Origin: Octopus bimaculoides
Lineage: Eukaryota
Assembly: GCF_001194135.2 (NCBI RefSeq)
Contig: NC_068993.1
Location: forward strand, 17,469,794-17,533,793
DNA: 64,000 bases
Direction of reading: 5' to 3'
Shown here: in pieces, positions 38,530 through 51,499 of the stretch
Layout of the letters: every line of letters starts with the position of its first letter
Numbering within the stretch: the first letter of the stretch is position 1
Notes under the pieces: model-generated
Database searches by the model: none
Told to the model about the DNA's origin: nothing
What the model saw: only the letters and a program-made list of their open reading frames with translations
Made by a program: the position numbers and the translations under genes

Positions 38530-38880
38530 AGGTCACTGCTTGGAATCGAACTTGGAATCTTGGGGTTAGTAGCCTGTGCTCTTAACCACGAGCATATGGT
38601 GTAGTGGTTAAGAGCGCGAGCTACTAACCCCAAGATTCCAAGTTCGATTCCAAGCAGTGACCTAAGCAATAATAATAATAATAATAACATTGAAAAATAC
38701 CTTAGGAATGAGAACCCAGGTTTGAAATTTCCCCAAGACACCTGATGAAGGCTGAAGGGNNNNNNNNNNTGAAATTTCCCCAAGACACCTGATGAAGGCT
38801 GAAGGGTATATCAGCCGAAACGTTGTGGTAACAACAAACAAGATGAGGACAAATATCCATCTAATGTAAATAATGTAAGT
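38530..38880 (+). ncRNA. tRNA-headed repeat containing a minimal type I hammerhead-like motif, with an inverted copy of the head
   Basis: A-box TGGTGTAGTGG and B-box AGTTCGATTCC at 38597-38651; inverted 60-bp head copy at 38530-38589; (AAT)n; then cac CTGATGA a GGCTGA agggtata TCAGCC GAAA CGT T gtg at 38786-38827. Confidence 0.6.
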
Positions 38881-39682
38881 CCAATGTCCTAACCACTGAT
38901 CCATGTGCCTTCACACACACACATACACACACATGATAGGCTTCTTTCAGTTTCTGTTTACCAAATCCCCTCATCAGGCTTTGGCTAGCTTGAGGCTATA
39001 TAGTAGAAGACACTTGACTATGGGTGGCACACAATGGAACTAAATCAAACATTCATGAATTGATGATAGAATGTAGAATGAAGGAGTCTCCAGGAGGAAA
39101 AAAAAAGATTAAACCTGAAGTTTTTAAAGCAAAATAGTTTGATTTCACTGATAACCCAGAAATTAGATGTTATATCACAAAAATCACTTTGCTATTACTT
39201 TTAGAGAAAAACTGGTAGTGGTGGTTGCGGGGCCCTACTACTGCTGCTGTTACTGTTAACACTACTACCACCACCACCACCACTACCACCACCACTACAA
39301 CCATCGTTGTGGCTGCTGCCACTGTCACCACCACTGCTGCCACTGTTGCCGCTACCTCTATTACTGCTGCCACTGCCGCCACTACTACTATGGCAACTAA
39401 CAGCAGCAGATGTAATACTACAAGTGGTATTGATGCTCCTAAAAGGACAGTCATTCAGGAAAACTTATCCCCCTTGAATCTCGAGGGTTATATATTTGGG
39501 AGCTTGATATCTTCCTCAATATTGTACTGGTATTTTTCAAAAAGAGTTTTCAGAAGCAGAAAACAAAATGGTGTTGGCATTAGAAGCCAAGAAAATCATT
39601 GGGGGAATTCGTGACAGTGTTCAGGGAACAAATTAAATACACTACCCAGCAGTGGCTAAAATGCGAACCGATCAAGTTTATA

Positions 39683-40072
39683 TACTCTTTTACTCTTTTA
39701 CTTGTTTCAGTCATTTGACTGCGGCCATGCTGGGGCACCGCCTTTTAGTCGAGCAAATTGACCCCAGGACTTATTCTTTGTAAGCCTAGTACTTATTCTA
39801 TCAGTCTCTTTTTGTCGAACCGCTAAGTTACAGGGACACCAACACACCAGCCTCGGTTGTCAAGTGAAGTTGGGGGACAAACACAGACACACAAACATAA
39901 ATATACATATATACGACGGGCTTCTTTCAGTTTCCGTCTACCAAATCCACTCACAAGGCTTTGGTCGGCTCGAGGCTATAGTAGAAGACACTTGCCCAAG
40001 GTGCCACACAGTGGGACTGAACCCAGAATCATGTGGCTGGTAAGCAAGCTACTTACCACACAGCCACTCCTG
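39683..40072 (-). mobile_element. tRNA-derived SINE family A
   Basis: Near full-length match to 1815 and 26607. Confidence 0.85.
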
Positions 40073-40943
40073 ATATATAAATATTCTTTTTATATGTTTC
40101 CTTTAACACAATATTAAAACAATGGCTGAAAATTTTCTGAAGCAGCATCCCACTAATTTTATCTACGAGTCACCACTGCTCCGTTTATTTGTACAAGGAG
40201 AGGGTAAATGTTTATATCAATCATGTTCAAATTAATAAACTGTAATCCTTATCTTTCTCTCCCACACACTATCTGTATGTGTATATTTCAGCACATACAT
40301 GCATGTGTATGTGTGTGTGTGTGTTTGCCTCCAGTGCCAAAATATACTGTCACCAAAGCAGGCTGAATGTCTGGTCATCTGTGCCAAAATCATCAGCATT
40401 CAAACACTCACACCTATTCATCTCATTCCATTGTTCAATATCCTATCAATTTGTTCATCTCTTATTTGGAAATGTAAAGAGGTAAACAGCTACAGTAATT
40501 TATTCTACTGTTGATCTAACATTTTTCTAACACTTATATCTAATTTTCCTCTCTCCCTCATTTTTCCCCATCTCTTCCTTTCTTTCCCTCATTTCTCTTT
40601 ATCTTTTCTTTCTCCTTCCCTCATTTATCCTTATCTCTTTCCTCTCTTTTCACTCCTCTTCTCTCTCTATTTCCCCCCTCTCATACTCATACTCAGAATA
40701 AATTCATTGGGACAGAAGGTAAATTCCTGCCAGAGGCAACAATAAGATAGTCTGCCCCAGGCAATGCTTTTATGGGAATGGTACTGCCAAGTTTGCTATA
40801 TAAGCCTGTATAGGGGATGGGATCAGGGAGATGCAAGTTCAGGGGTTTCCCAGGTGGTACATATTCTAGCTACACCTCTGATACTTGATGAACTCTGACC
40901 TGGTTTTGATCTCTTGTTGTAGCTTATGATGTTAATACTTTAA

Positions 40944-41398
40944 CCCTTTAGCACTCAGATTACTTTCTCTAATGTAATGCTTATTTGTTCACATTATCGT
41001 CATCGTTGTCATCGTCATCATCATCATCATTATTTAGCATCTGCTTTCCATACTGGCATAAGTTACACGGATTGACTGCAAACTGGTAAGCTGGAGAGCT
41101 GCACCAGGCTCCAATCTGATTTGGCATGGTTTCTACAGCTGGACGCTCTTGCTAACACTAACCTCTCCAAGAGTGTAATGGGTGCTTTTTATATGCTTCC
41201 AGCCTGGGTGCCAGTTATGTGACACTGGCAACAGCCATGAGTATGATTTCACTTGGCTTGACAAGTCTTCTCAAGCAGTGATTGTTTCTTTTTAGAATGA
41301 CATTGTAGGGTATGTATGAGAGGCTGGATCTGATTGGTTTAAACATAAAACAGAATGGTTGGGTCAGATATAGCCAATTTGAATAATGCTAATGTGTT
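40944..41398 (+). mobile_element. piggyBac-like MITE interrupted by a family B fragment
   Basis: TTAA|CCCTTTAGCACTCAGA start; body matches 56627-57175; catcatcat-tailed insert at ~41000-41280. Confidence 0.55.
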
Positions 41399-43583
41399 TA
41401 CACAGTGTAGCAGGCTTTATAAGTCTGATAATGTTTAGCTTTATATCTCTATGTCCTGTGTTCACATCCTGCTTGGGTTGATTTTGCTTTTCATTCCACA
41501 GCATTTAATTTTGAAAAAAACAAAAAGAACTAAGCATGTGATAGGTGTTAATTCGATTGGAAATACTTCTTTCCTACAAATTTTGTGGTTTTGTACCAGT
41601 ATAAGAAATCAATAGTTTTACATTTTAATTATAATACAAAAATAGGTTTGGAAATTAACAAAAATATATATAAAAAAAAAAGAGAAATTTCATTTAGTGT
41701 TTGTTTATTATTGATTGATTTCATGTTATATTAAAAAAATTACAATGACTAACGATAAGAAATTTTGTCTGCAAGATTTTGATTGATATAGTGCTTTATC
41801 TCGTATAATTATACCAAACCATTTTGGAAAGTATTGTATTTGAAGCACTCAGAATTATGTCTTAAATCACTAATTAAATACTAGTATTACTTATTATTTA
41901 TTTATTTATTTGTATCAAGTTCTGATTGAGTCAATAAAAGAAAACTGGCCAGACTATATGATATATATTATATAGTTTTGGCCCTTTGTAATTCTGAGTT
42001 CAAATCCTCTCAAAAGTTAATTGGTAACATGTGGCCCATGGGAGTTTCTGAATGGCATGCCTAACCAAAAAATTACCTTGAAATTTGTTTAGTTGTGTGG
42101 CATATCTGATGATGAGTCATGTCCCATGTGACCTGCTTCTTGAAAAAAAAGGTTGCCCACGTCTGCTCTAAAGTCTACTAATTTCATTGGCCCTTTTGAG
42201 TTAATGAATTATGTGCTGTCAAGAAACTGGAGTTGATTCTCAATTAATGAAGCTCTTCTACCTCAAGAACGAGATTTATGGCCTGTCACAAAAGAATAAA
42301 CAATTTTATATTTAATTTCTCTGTAGGTGTGTATGCATGCATGTGTGCACATGTGTGTGTATGTGTGTATCATCTTCATCATCATTTGATGCTCATTTTT
42401 TCATGCTTGCATGGATGAGATGGAATTTGTTGAGACAAGTTTCTCTATGGTTGGATGCCTTTCCTGTCACTAATTCTCACAGCCATACCTATGCCTTATA
42501 TGTGTGTGTGTGTGTGTGTGTGCGTGCATGCATATATATAAATATATATATACATATACATATATATNNNNNNNNNNNNNNNNNNNNNNNNNNNNNNNNN
42601 NNNNNNNNNNNNNNNNNNNNNNNNNNNNNNNNNNNNNNNNNNNNNNNNNNNNNNNNNNNNNNNNNNNNNNNNNNNNNNNNNNNNNNNNNNNNNNNNNNNN
42701 NNNNNNNNNNNNNNNTATAATGGGAGAAAAGAACCTGGGTTTGACTTGATATTTCTTTATTACATTTGTTACATGTGTTTCAGTATTTGGTAATAAATAA
42801 TGCGATATCATTTATTACTGAATACTGAGACATATGTAACATATGTAATGATAGAATACCAAGTTCAAGCTCATGTTCTTTTCTCTCATCATTGATGCTC
42901 TCTCCTCTGACAACATAGAACACTTTGGGATCAAGCAACAGTGTGAGTTTCAGGAGCCACAAATTGAACAGTAAAATTGTCCTACTCTGAGTACATCCAC
43001 TCCTACTTGTATGTATGTGTGTGTGTCTGTGTGTGTGTACATGTAACGAGAGTGAATGTATGTGTGTTTGTGTGTGTGTGTGTGTGTAGACAATACAATA
43101 GTTCTGCTCTAGTATATGATAGAATCCAATTGTTGAATGTGTATTTTCATAATTGCAAGGTTGAAGTCTTGGAATCTAAGAATGGTCAAATTATAACTGG
43201 TAACAATGAATATGTTTTTGTAAAATTCTCTTGACTTTGTTAAGGTAGAAGATTTAAAATAAGAATTGTGGTAAAGCATATCAGAGATTAATTACATTTT
43301 AGTTTGTTTACTTTTATAACATTTCACACATGAGAAACCATGGATAATAATGGCTATCATTCTGATTTTTATTTATGTGGGTTTGAATAAGTTTAAAAAA
43401 TTTGTTATTTCCATATAGGTGCAGGTGTAACTGTGTGATAGGAAGTTTGCTTCTCAACCACATGGTTCTGGGTTAAGGACCCACTGCATGGCACCTTGGC
43501 CAAGTGTATTCTGTTTTAACTTAGGACAGACCAAAGCATTGTCAGTGAATTTAGTAGACAGAAACTGAAAGAAGCCTGTTGTA

Positions 43584-43616
<33 letters not shown>

Positions 43617-43971
43617 TCTTTTACTTGTTTCAGTCATTTGACTGCTGCCATGTTGGAGCACTGCCTTTAGTTGAACAAATCAACCCCTTATTCTTTGTCA
43701 GCCTAGTACTTATTCTATTGGTCCCTTTTGCCAAATTGCTAAGTTATGGGATATAAACACACAAATATTGGTTGCCAAGCAATGGTGGAGGGACAAACAA
43801 ACACACAAACAAATCCTCTCACAAGGCTTTGGTTGGCGGGCACTGAATACCCCTCCCATTTTTTTTCTTTTTTTTTTTACATTCATATATATAATTTTTC
43901 ATCTCATTAATGTGTTTGTCTAGCCCGCATTACTTCTCTGTACTGACCATGTGGCAAATTTAATGAAATAA

Positions 43972-44117
43972 AGAAGCTTGCCTCCTGACCACATGGTTCC
44001 AGGTTCAGTCCCACTGCATGGCACCTTGGGCAAGTGTCTTCTACTATAGCCTCGGGCCGACCAAAGCCTTGTGAGTGGATTTGGTAGACGGAAACTGAAA
44101 GAAGACAATCGTATATA

Positions 44118-44159
<42 letters not shown>

Positions 44160-44384
44160 CATACACACACACACACACATAAGTATTTGTGAGTCTGTTT
44201 GTCCCCCAGCATCGCTTGACAACTGATATTGATATGTTTATGTCCCCGTAAGTTAGCAGTTTGGCAGAAGAGACCGATAGAATAAGTACTAAGCTTACAA
44301 AGAATAAGTTCTGGGGTCGATTTGTTCGACTAAAGGCGGTGCTCCAGCATGGCCACAGTCAAATGACTGAAACAAGTAAAAGAG
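43972..44384 (+). mobile_element. tRNA-derived SINE family A (+ strand)
   Basis: Reverse-complement match to the copies at 1815, 26607 and 39683. Confidence 0.85.
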
Positions 44385-45389
44385 ATTCAGTAAAATGTTT
44401 AATTTTTTTTAGTTTTCCTGTTTATTAATCTTTTCATTTTTGTATGATTTGTTATAAAAACGTTATCAGATTCAGTAAGATGTTTCATATTTTCACTTTC
44501 CATGTTTATTAATTTTTCATTTTTTTTTTGTTGTTTTGTTTTATTGAGAGTTAAACAATTTTTTAGTTGAGAAAGATAACCAAAAGTACTGATATTTCTC
44601 ATAAAACGTGGAGAGATAACCCAATTTTTAATGGGGGTGAGATAACCAAAAAGTACCAGTTCTACAATTCAAACTGTAAAGTCAAAATACCGGACATGCA
44701 AAATATGAAGAATTTCTTACCTTTCTCTGAAATCACAAATTCAAAGGGAAAATAGTATTATACCTGGCAGAATAAAATATGTCTATCACAAACTAGTAAC
44801 CACTGAAGAATTGAGTTGCTTGGTGACAGTGAGCAAACAATATCTGTACATAGATAGATAGATACACAAACATACATACACACACACAAACTTCTGTGTG
44901 TGTGTGTGTATGTGTGTGTGTATGTGTGTGTGTATNNNNNNNNNNGGGAGAGACAGAGAGACTAAGAGGTGTATTTGTGTGTTTGTATGTATGAATGAAT
45001 GTGTGTACGTATGCCTGTGTGTGTACATTTGTATGTATGTATAAGTATACATCCCACCTTTCATTACCATTGCTTCTTTTCGTTGTCTTTTCTATTGAAG
45101 TTGTTCTTATTTTCATTGTTTTGGATTTCTTTCATTTTACTTTTATATCCCTAGAGAATTCATTGATGAACTTTTTTCATCTACATTTTTTTGTTTCTTT
45201 TAAATTTACAGTACACCCTCGTATTTTTTTCCTTGTCTGGCTTGAAATTTTCAGTTAACATCTTAACCAAAGTAAATAGATAACTCATCTATGTACTTTG
45301 ATCTTAACATAAGGCCCTTCAACTGTGGAAGCGTCCTACAACCACAGGGGGTGCAGGAGCTTAGCGACAGCCCTGGTCTTCACTGGTAC

Positions 45390-46330
45390 ATTCCACTAGT
45401 ATTCCTTTTTATAATGAGTGGCTATGGCTTCTACCATATTGTGAGTTCTTTTTCTTTGTCCTTGGGATTATCTTACTGACAGATTTCATTATAGAGTGTC
45501 CTAGCTACAACATCATGTCTCAACAGTAGATAATACCGTAATGACATTTTTGGACAACTGCTTATGATATGGGTAATATCTTCAGTGTGAACCCCACAAA
45601 GTCTGCATCGGTTGTCACATTTTACTGCTTTTCCTACAGCCTTGTCCCTTTTGTGAATCAGGTATTTGGTTGATATTTCCTGTTCCTGGATTGCAAACGT
45701 GGGAGGTAGTAATCTGGCTATTTATCCATGATAAACTGTTTTGATGATTGATGTTACTNNNNNNNNNNNNNNNNNNNNNNNNNNNNNNNNNNNNNNNNNN
45801 NNNNNNNNNNNNNNNNNNNNNNNNNNNNNNNNNNNNNNNNNNNNNNNNNNNNNNNNNNNNNNNNNNNNNNNNNNNNNNNNNNNNNNNNNNNNNNNNNNNN
45901 NNNNNNNNNNNNNNNNNNNNNNNNNNNNNNNNNNNNNNNNNNNNNNNNNNNNNNNNNNNNNNNNNNNNNNNNNNNNNNNNNNNNNNNNNNNNNNNNNNNN
46001 NNNNNNNNNNNNNNNNNNNNNNNNNNNNNNNNNNNNNNNNNNNNNNNNNNNNNNNNNNNNNNNNNNNNNNNNNNNNNNNNNNNNNNNNNNNNNNNNNNNN
46101 NNNNNNNNNNNNNNNNNNNNNNNNNNNNNNATACGTTGTGGTAGAGTCATGCGACTTCTTTGGACATGTATTCTAGGTTATCAGACAAAGAGTGTTGCTC
46201 AAAGAGTGTTGCTCAAAGAGCTGCCTTCCAAGTCTTATGATGTTATCAGCCTCATGTATACAAACTTGGTCAAGGGATGTACTTTGACAAGATGTTGCCG
46301 AAGGGATATGATGTGACATTCAAAGGCATT
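45390..46330 (-). mobile_element. Restriction-like-endonuclease non-LTR retrotransposon fragment (R4/Dong-like), spanning a gap
   Basis: Minus-strand CDNRCRLCGVHTEDITHIISSCPKMSLRYYLLLRHDVVARTLY has the CX2CX8HX4C knuckle plus RHD..A motif; EY*WNVPVKT follows; post-RT-like AFECHIISLRQHL lies beyond the gap. Confidence 0.75.
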
Positions 46331-46381
46331 TTGGATCAATGTTAAGCCTCTGCCTCCTTGTTTTCATTTTGGTAGAGTATG

Positions 46382-46415
<34 letters not shown>

Positions 46416-47174
46416 TGTATGTATGTATGCATGCATGCATGCATGCATGCATGTATATCCAATGACCAATGAATGCAACTGAATAATAATGAGCAGGATT
46501 GTGACAGCCTGCTAGAAAGAGCAACCAAATCACCTTCAAATTACACTTTACTCTTTTATAACGAGTACATTTGGGAATATTTTAGATGCATTATAGCTGG
46601 GAAAAGCTGGGGTGGTTCATGGTTGGAACCCTTTTAATGATACTCTTCTTAAATCAGGGTTGACAGACAAAAGACCATCAGATTTTTTTTGACACAGGAT
46701 AGAGGCAGTTTACATTTAGTCTATATATACGAAGCTAAACAGAAGCCTTTTATTTTTCAAATTTACACACATGTTCATTCAGATGAATTCTAAATATATG
46801 ATCAATATTGAAAAGTTTTGCAGTTGAAACAGTGCAAGCATTAGTTTTCTCAAGAACTGTATGCATTCATTTAGACAATTTCTATTCCTGCTTTTACTGT
46901 AAGGACTCTAGCTGATAAGAACTGTAAATATATCATGTAGAAAAGGTTTTTCCACATGTCTCTGTACACAAACTTAGCCAAAACCTCATATTCTGTTCTT
47001 CTTTATTGTTAGTAAAGTTGTTTTAATATATGTTATCCCATTTAGCCATTTACTTTGGCCTACATTTATAACTCGGGTTTTTAGGGATAATTGTCTCTAA
47101 TTGCCCCCACAAAATCTAGTTTCTGCTAACCTACAGAGCCAAACAACTTTGACATCTCTGACTTAGTTGATTAG

Positions 47175-47314
47175 TAATATTTATCCCCACTTAAATGTGG
47201 ATGGTCTGTTAGAACAAACTATATTGTGGAAGATACAATGAGAAACTCTCATATTGGCTTTTGGTGCAAAATGGTTCTAACAGAACATCCATGTTAAAGT
47301 GGGGATAAATATTA
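47175..47314. repeat. Small foldback/MITE, 41-bp inverted arms
   Basis: 47175-47215 vs 47274-47314, 37/41 complementary; spacer 58 bp. Confidence 0.75.
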
Positions 47315-47329
47315 TCTCTCAGTATTAAT

Positions 47330-48200
47330 ACTGCCTCTGCCACTAATATATATTAGTAGATTAGTGGTGGGTTAGAAGATTTTGTAAAGTTATTAGTGAT
47401 CTTCTTGGCAAGGGGCTAGAAAGTCCAATTGCAATTTGGGATGCAAGAAAGCTTGCAGAATATGCAATTCACAAAGGTATAGTTATCTCTAAAGAGGAAT
47501 GGTGATATTGCTGGTCCATCATTCTGTCTACATCAGCATAGAAAAATGGATACTGGAACAACAATAGTGATGAATTTTATATTAACAAATAATAGTGTTG
47601 GCTTTAGTTTGACTTGCACAAAATGTAATTTTATAGTGTATACAAGATAATAACATTAATTAAAAGAATCAACATTTTCACAGTATAACCTAATTATTAA
47701 TTACATAATAGGCTCCACAATTTTTTTCTCTATAATTTGGGTAAGTTAATTGTAGATAAGTCTGATAATTAGTTTGACACAAATATTTAATAAGAAAGAT
47801 AGTAATTAAAGAAGTTGTTTTGAATTCTTAATGTAGGATTGGTTAAAGAAAATTACATTATTGGTAAATAAGAACAGAATATAAATTTTATTTTCAAGTT
47901 TAATTAGCTTTTAAAAATATAATTTACTCTTGTATAGGAAATATTCCTACCAAATATAAATGGATGTCTATTTTATGATTAAGGTTTATTCATCACATTA
48001 TGATGATGTATTTGATAATTTTTTTATTTATGCATCATATATGATTATTAAATAATGATAAAAATATTAGTTAAAAATTGATATTGGATGTGTAATGGTA
48101 ATGTCTGTCATGTAGGTATATATGTACCATTGTTTAGTGCTATAATACACAGAGTAAGGTCACTGACTTCCTCTAATTCGATATCTTGTGGTATCTATTT
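47330..48200 (-). mobile_element. Decayed Penelope-like RT fragment (tentative)
   Basis: Minus-strand pieces FTNNVIFFNQSY and DQQYHHSS...IAYSA resemble Penelope N.F.FN..Y and QYLH.SS.HP...I.YS motifs; many stops. Confidence 0.3.
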
Positions 48201-48417
48201 CACTTACCCTGTCAGAGAGTTCCGATCACACATTCATGGGTATATTTGATGACAAAATGAACTCTCTTCATTGCACAATTTCATTGCTTCCCAACCATGT
48301 CGTTTCAAGCTCAGTACCACTACATAACACTTTGGGCAAGTGTCTTCTGCTATAGTCCTGGGCTAATCAAAGTCTTGTGAGTGGATTTAGTAGTCAGAAA
48401 CTAAAAAAAAAAAAAAA

Positions 48418-48652
48418 CGGCAGCGAGCTGGCAGAAATGTTAGCATGCCGGGCAAAATGCTTAGTGGTATTTTGTCTGCCACTACGTTCTGAGTTCAAAT
48501 TCCGTCGAGGTCAACTTTGCCTTTCATCCTTTCAGGGTCGATTAAATAAGTACCAGCTATACACTGGGGTGGATATAATTGACTTAATCTGTTTGTCTGT
48601 CCTTGTTTGTCCCTTCTGTGTGTAGCCCCTTGTGGGTAGAAAAGAAATAAGA
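48418..48652 (+). mobile_element. tRNA-derived SINE family F
   Basis: ggcagcgagctggcagaaatgttagc...ttctgagttcaaattcc...ctttgcctttcatcctttcagggtcgattaaataagtaccag; decayed relatives near 16220, 31400 and 41990. Confidence 0.7.
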
Positions 48653-48704
48653 AACTAAAAAAATACTTTTATATGTACGTTCATGTATGTGTGTGTGTGT
48701 GTGA

Positions 48705-48738
<34 letters not shown>

Positions 48739-48783
48739 GTAGAGAGAGAGAGAGAGAGAGAGAGAGAGGCAATTACGTGGATA

Positions 48784-49554
48784 AACAAATTAGATATTTC
48801 AAATATATTAAATATATTAGTTTGGATATGAAATACAAATTATGTATAAATGCAAAATGAGAGAAAGCAAATGGTAGAGACTTGCAGATGATGAATTTTT
48901 AAGTATAAATATATAAGTATTTATACTAATAGGTCCAACTTGCACAGAGTACAAATGGCAGAGAAAATTAAAGGAGTGGAAGAAAGGTGTTATAAATCCA
49001 GCAGCTGTTTCTGGGGGCATGACAATCCATAATAATATTGGCAGAGTTAGTTCATCACAATATGTGGCCATATGGATGCAATTAACATTCGATAAGACGA
49101 ACTTCCATCATCAGAGTAGAGAAAATCTTACAGCTAACTCTCCACATTTAAACATTCCATCTTTGAACTCCACTGCATTAAAATTTGAGATCTTCTCTAC
49201 CCTGATGACGGAAGCTCGTCTTATCCAATGTTAATTGCATCCATATGACTGCATATTGTGATTAACTAAATCTACCAACATTATTATAGATCTCCGAGCC
49301 TCCGCCCCCACCAAAAAAAAAACAGCCACTGCACTTATAATACCTTTCTTCCACCCCTTTAATTTCTCTGTTGTTTGTTCTCTGTGGAAGTTGGACCTAT
49401 TAATACAAATATTTATATATTTATACTTAAACATTCATCATATGAAAATCCCTATCTTTTGCTTCCTTTCATTTTGCATGTATACATATTTTGTATTTCA
49501 TACCCAAATTAATATATTTAACATATTTGATATATTTGATGTATCTAATTTGTT
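48784..49554. repeat. Large foldback element, ~345-367-bp inverted arms
   Basis: 48784-49128 pairs with 49188-49554 along its length (taataggtccaactt, ggaagaaagg, catatggatgcaattaacatt.gataagacg), about 80-85% by eye; spacer 59 bp. Confidence 0.8.
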
Positions 49555-49712
49555 CATATAATTGATTGCTTCTATACCTGTTCAACTTGATCCTTCTTTT
49601 AGTTTGTCTTTACCTTGTGGAATGACTCCCTGTACAGACATCAGTCTAAGTTTGAATCTTTTGAGCACTACTATCTTCTATATGGAGAATCTCTGGATCT
49701 CATCTGTGAACT

Positions 49713-49766
<54 letters not shown>

Positions 49767-50237
49767 CACCGATATATATATATCTATATACACAGACACA
49801 TATTTTCTAGCCATCCAGCCAACCATCCATCCATCGATAAATAGATAGATAGATAGATTTAATTAAATCAAGGATATAAAATCCTCTTAAAGGGATGTCA
49901 GCACCCAAGCTTACTGGTTTTATCCTGTATATCAGTGAAAAGCTAAGGATGTTAGTTTCAAATTGATGGATATGGGTATGAATTATTTATGCACCAGAAA
50001 AAGAAAACGGAGAACCTGATACATAGATATCAACTTATTTGAACATATTCAATTCTACAGCTGTTTCAATGCCCAATTAATTTGAGGAACTATATTAAAT
50101 GAAATTAAATTAAATTTTCATATCAAATATTGTTAATTGGGTATTTCTTTAGGGAAAGAATTTGATAAAAAAGGAGCTACATTCAATGTGTTGGTTGACC
50201 CTTGATCAACTCAGATATGTGGATTTTAGCAACCAAT

Positions 50238-50388
50238 GTCATCATCATCATCATCATCGTTTAACGTCCGCTTTCCATGCTAGCATGGGTTGGACGATTT
50301 GACTGAGGACTGGTGGACCAGGAGGCGACACCAGGCTCCAATCTGATTTGGCAGAGTTTCTACAGCTGGATGCCCTTCCTAACGCCAT
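50238..50388 (-). mobile_element. RTE 3'-end-related repeat (family B)
   Basis: Nearly identical to 29639-29760. Confidence 0.7.
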
Positions 50389-51499
50389 AAAAAAAACAAA
50401 AAAAGACCATTATTAATGTATGTGTATATGCAAATTTGTTTAATACATCTGTGTGCATGCGTGTATTATGAGTTGAAAAACAAAGCAAGAGTATCCATTA
50501 GTTAGCTTAAATGATGCAATTACTTTAATAGGAGCTAAAAGAATTAATTGTGATTTAGCTTATTACTTATGATAGATTAATGTAAGTAAAGCAATTAATC
50601 ACCTAATAAATTTATTATAAGTTACCCAGTTGCATTCTAGAAATTATAGTTAAGCAATAGATTATCATAATTATTGTTACTATTAATTTAACTTTTAAAA
50701 TTATAGTTATGAATATGTAATATCTTTTATATACGTTAGTGCATGCGTGAGTTAAAGTGTTAAAAGCTACAAAATAATGATGAATCAAAAGCTGCTTACT
50801 GATTACCATATTTGAATATTATATCATCAATATTTGTGCATAACATATCTATTTATAGTGAGAGTAGATGTCAGTGATCTGAGGAAAACATAAATGTTAA
50901 CAAATCAAAATAAAAATCAAAAAATTAAAGAATTAAAAATGAATAAAATTAAAACCCCTATTTGTTTAATACATCGTATCTTTAACTTAAATTTATTAAT
51001 GACCATATAAAATATTAATCACATATTCCCAAGATACATACTTAAGTTAGAGTTTTAGTAGACCATACATAATAATATAGTCGCCTGTAAATAAAACTTG
51101 TAATCATATTTACCATTTAATTCATATTTTAATATTAATATATCTTCTAAGAATTATTTAATCTATTTAGTTACAGATGTTAGTATATTAATCAGGAGAT
51201 ACCGTCTGATTCAAAGTTCCAGTAATCTTTCTATTATATTTAATTTTATTTTTAATTATATTTAATGGAAGTTTTTGAAAGCATGTTTACATGCGTGAAC
51301 ACAGGAAAACTCACCTTCCCTTCTTGTATTAAGGGGTTGGCATCGAGAGTACAAGAGTTGGAAAAGCTCTTTAACACAGAAAAAACACAAGGTATTACCA
51401 ACTTTATAGGCACCAGCCCTGCTTACAATCTCCCATTCCACAGAAAAAACTTGTTTCTTGTCTTTTAAGTCCCAAATAAATTTACTAAGGCTGGTACAA

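Noticed and set aside
38735-38806. Tandem hammerhead dimer at the tRNA-headed element
   Set aside because: The duplicated ~36 bp flanks a 10-N gap exactly as at 6618-6698, typical of unmerged contig overlap, so it is not evidence for a real dimer.
39225-39614. 129-aa Thr/Ala-rich mucin-like ORF
   Set aside because: Produced by an (ACC/ACT/GCC)n microsatellite; no splice signals or domain; both strands give low-complexity ORFs.
42020-42075. CYB5RL exon 4 candidate (TCGPWEFLNGMPNQ, spaced like RGPFG...PNQ)
   Set aside because: In-frame stop just upstream, no suitable acceptor or donor, and it lies in a hAT-like terminal fragment.
47370-47640. Plus-strand protein-like stretch RRFCKVISDLLGKGLESPIAIWDARKLAEYAIHKG
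   Set aside because: Short, bounded by stops and frameshifts; better explained as the antisense of a decayed retroelement.
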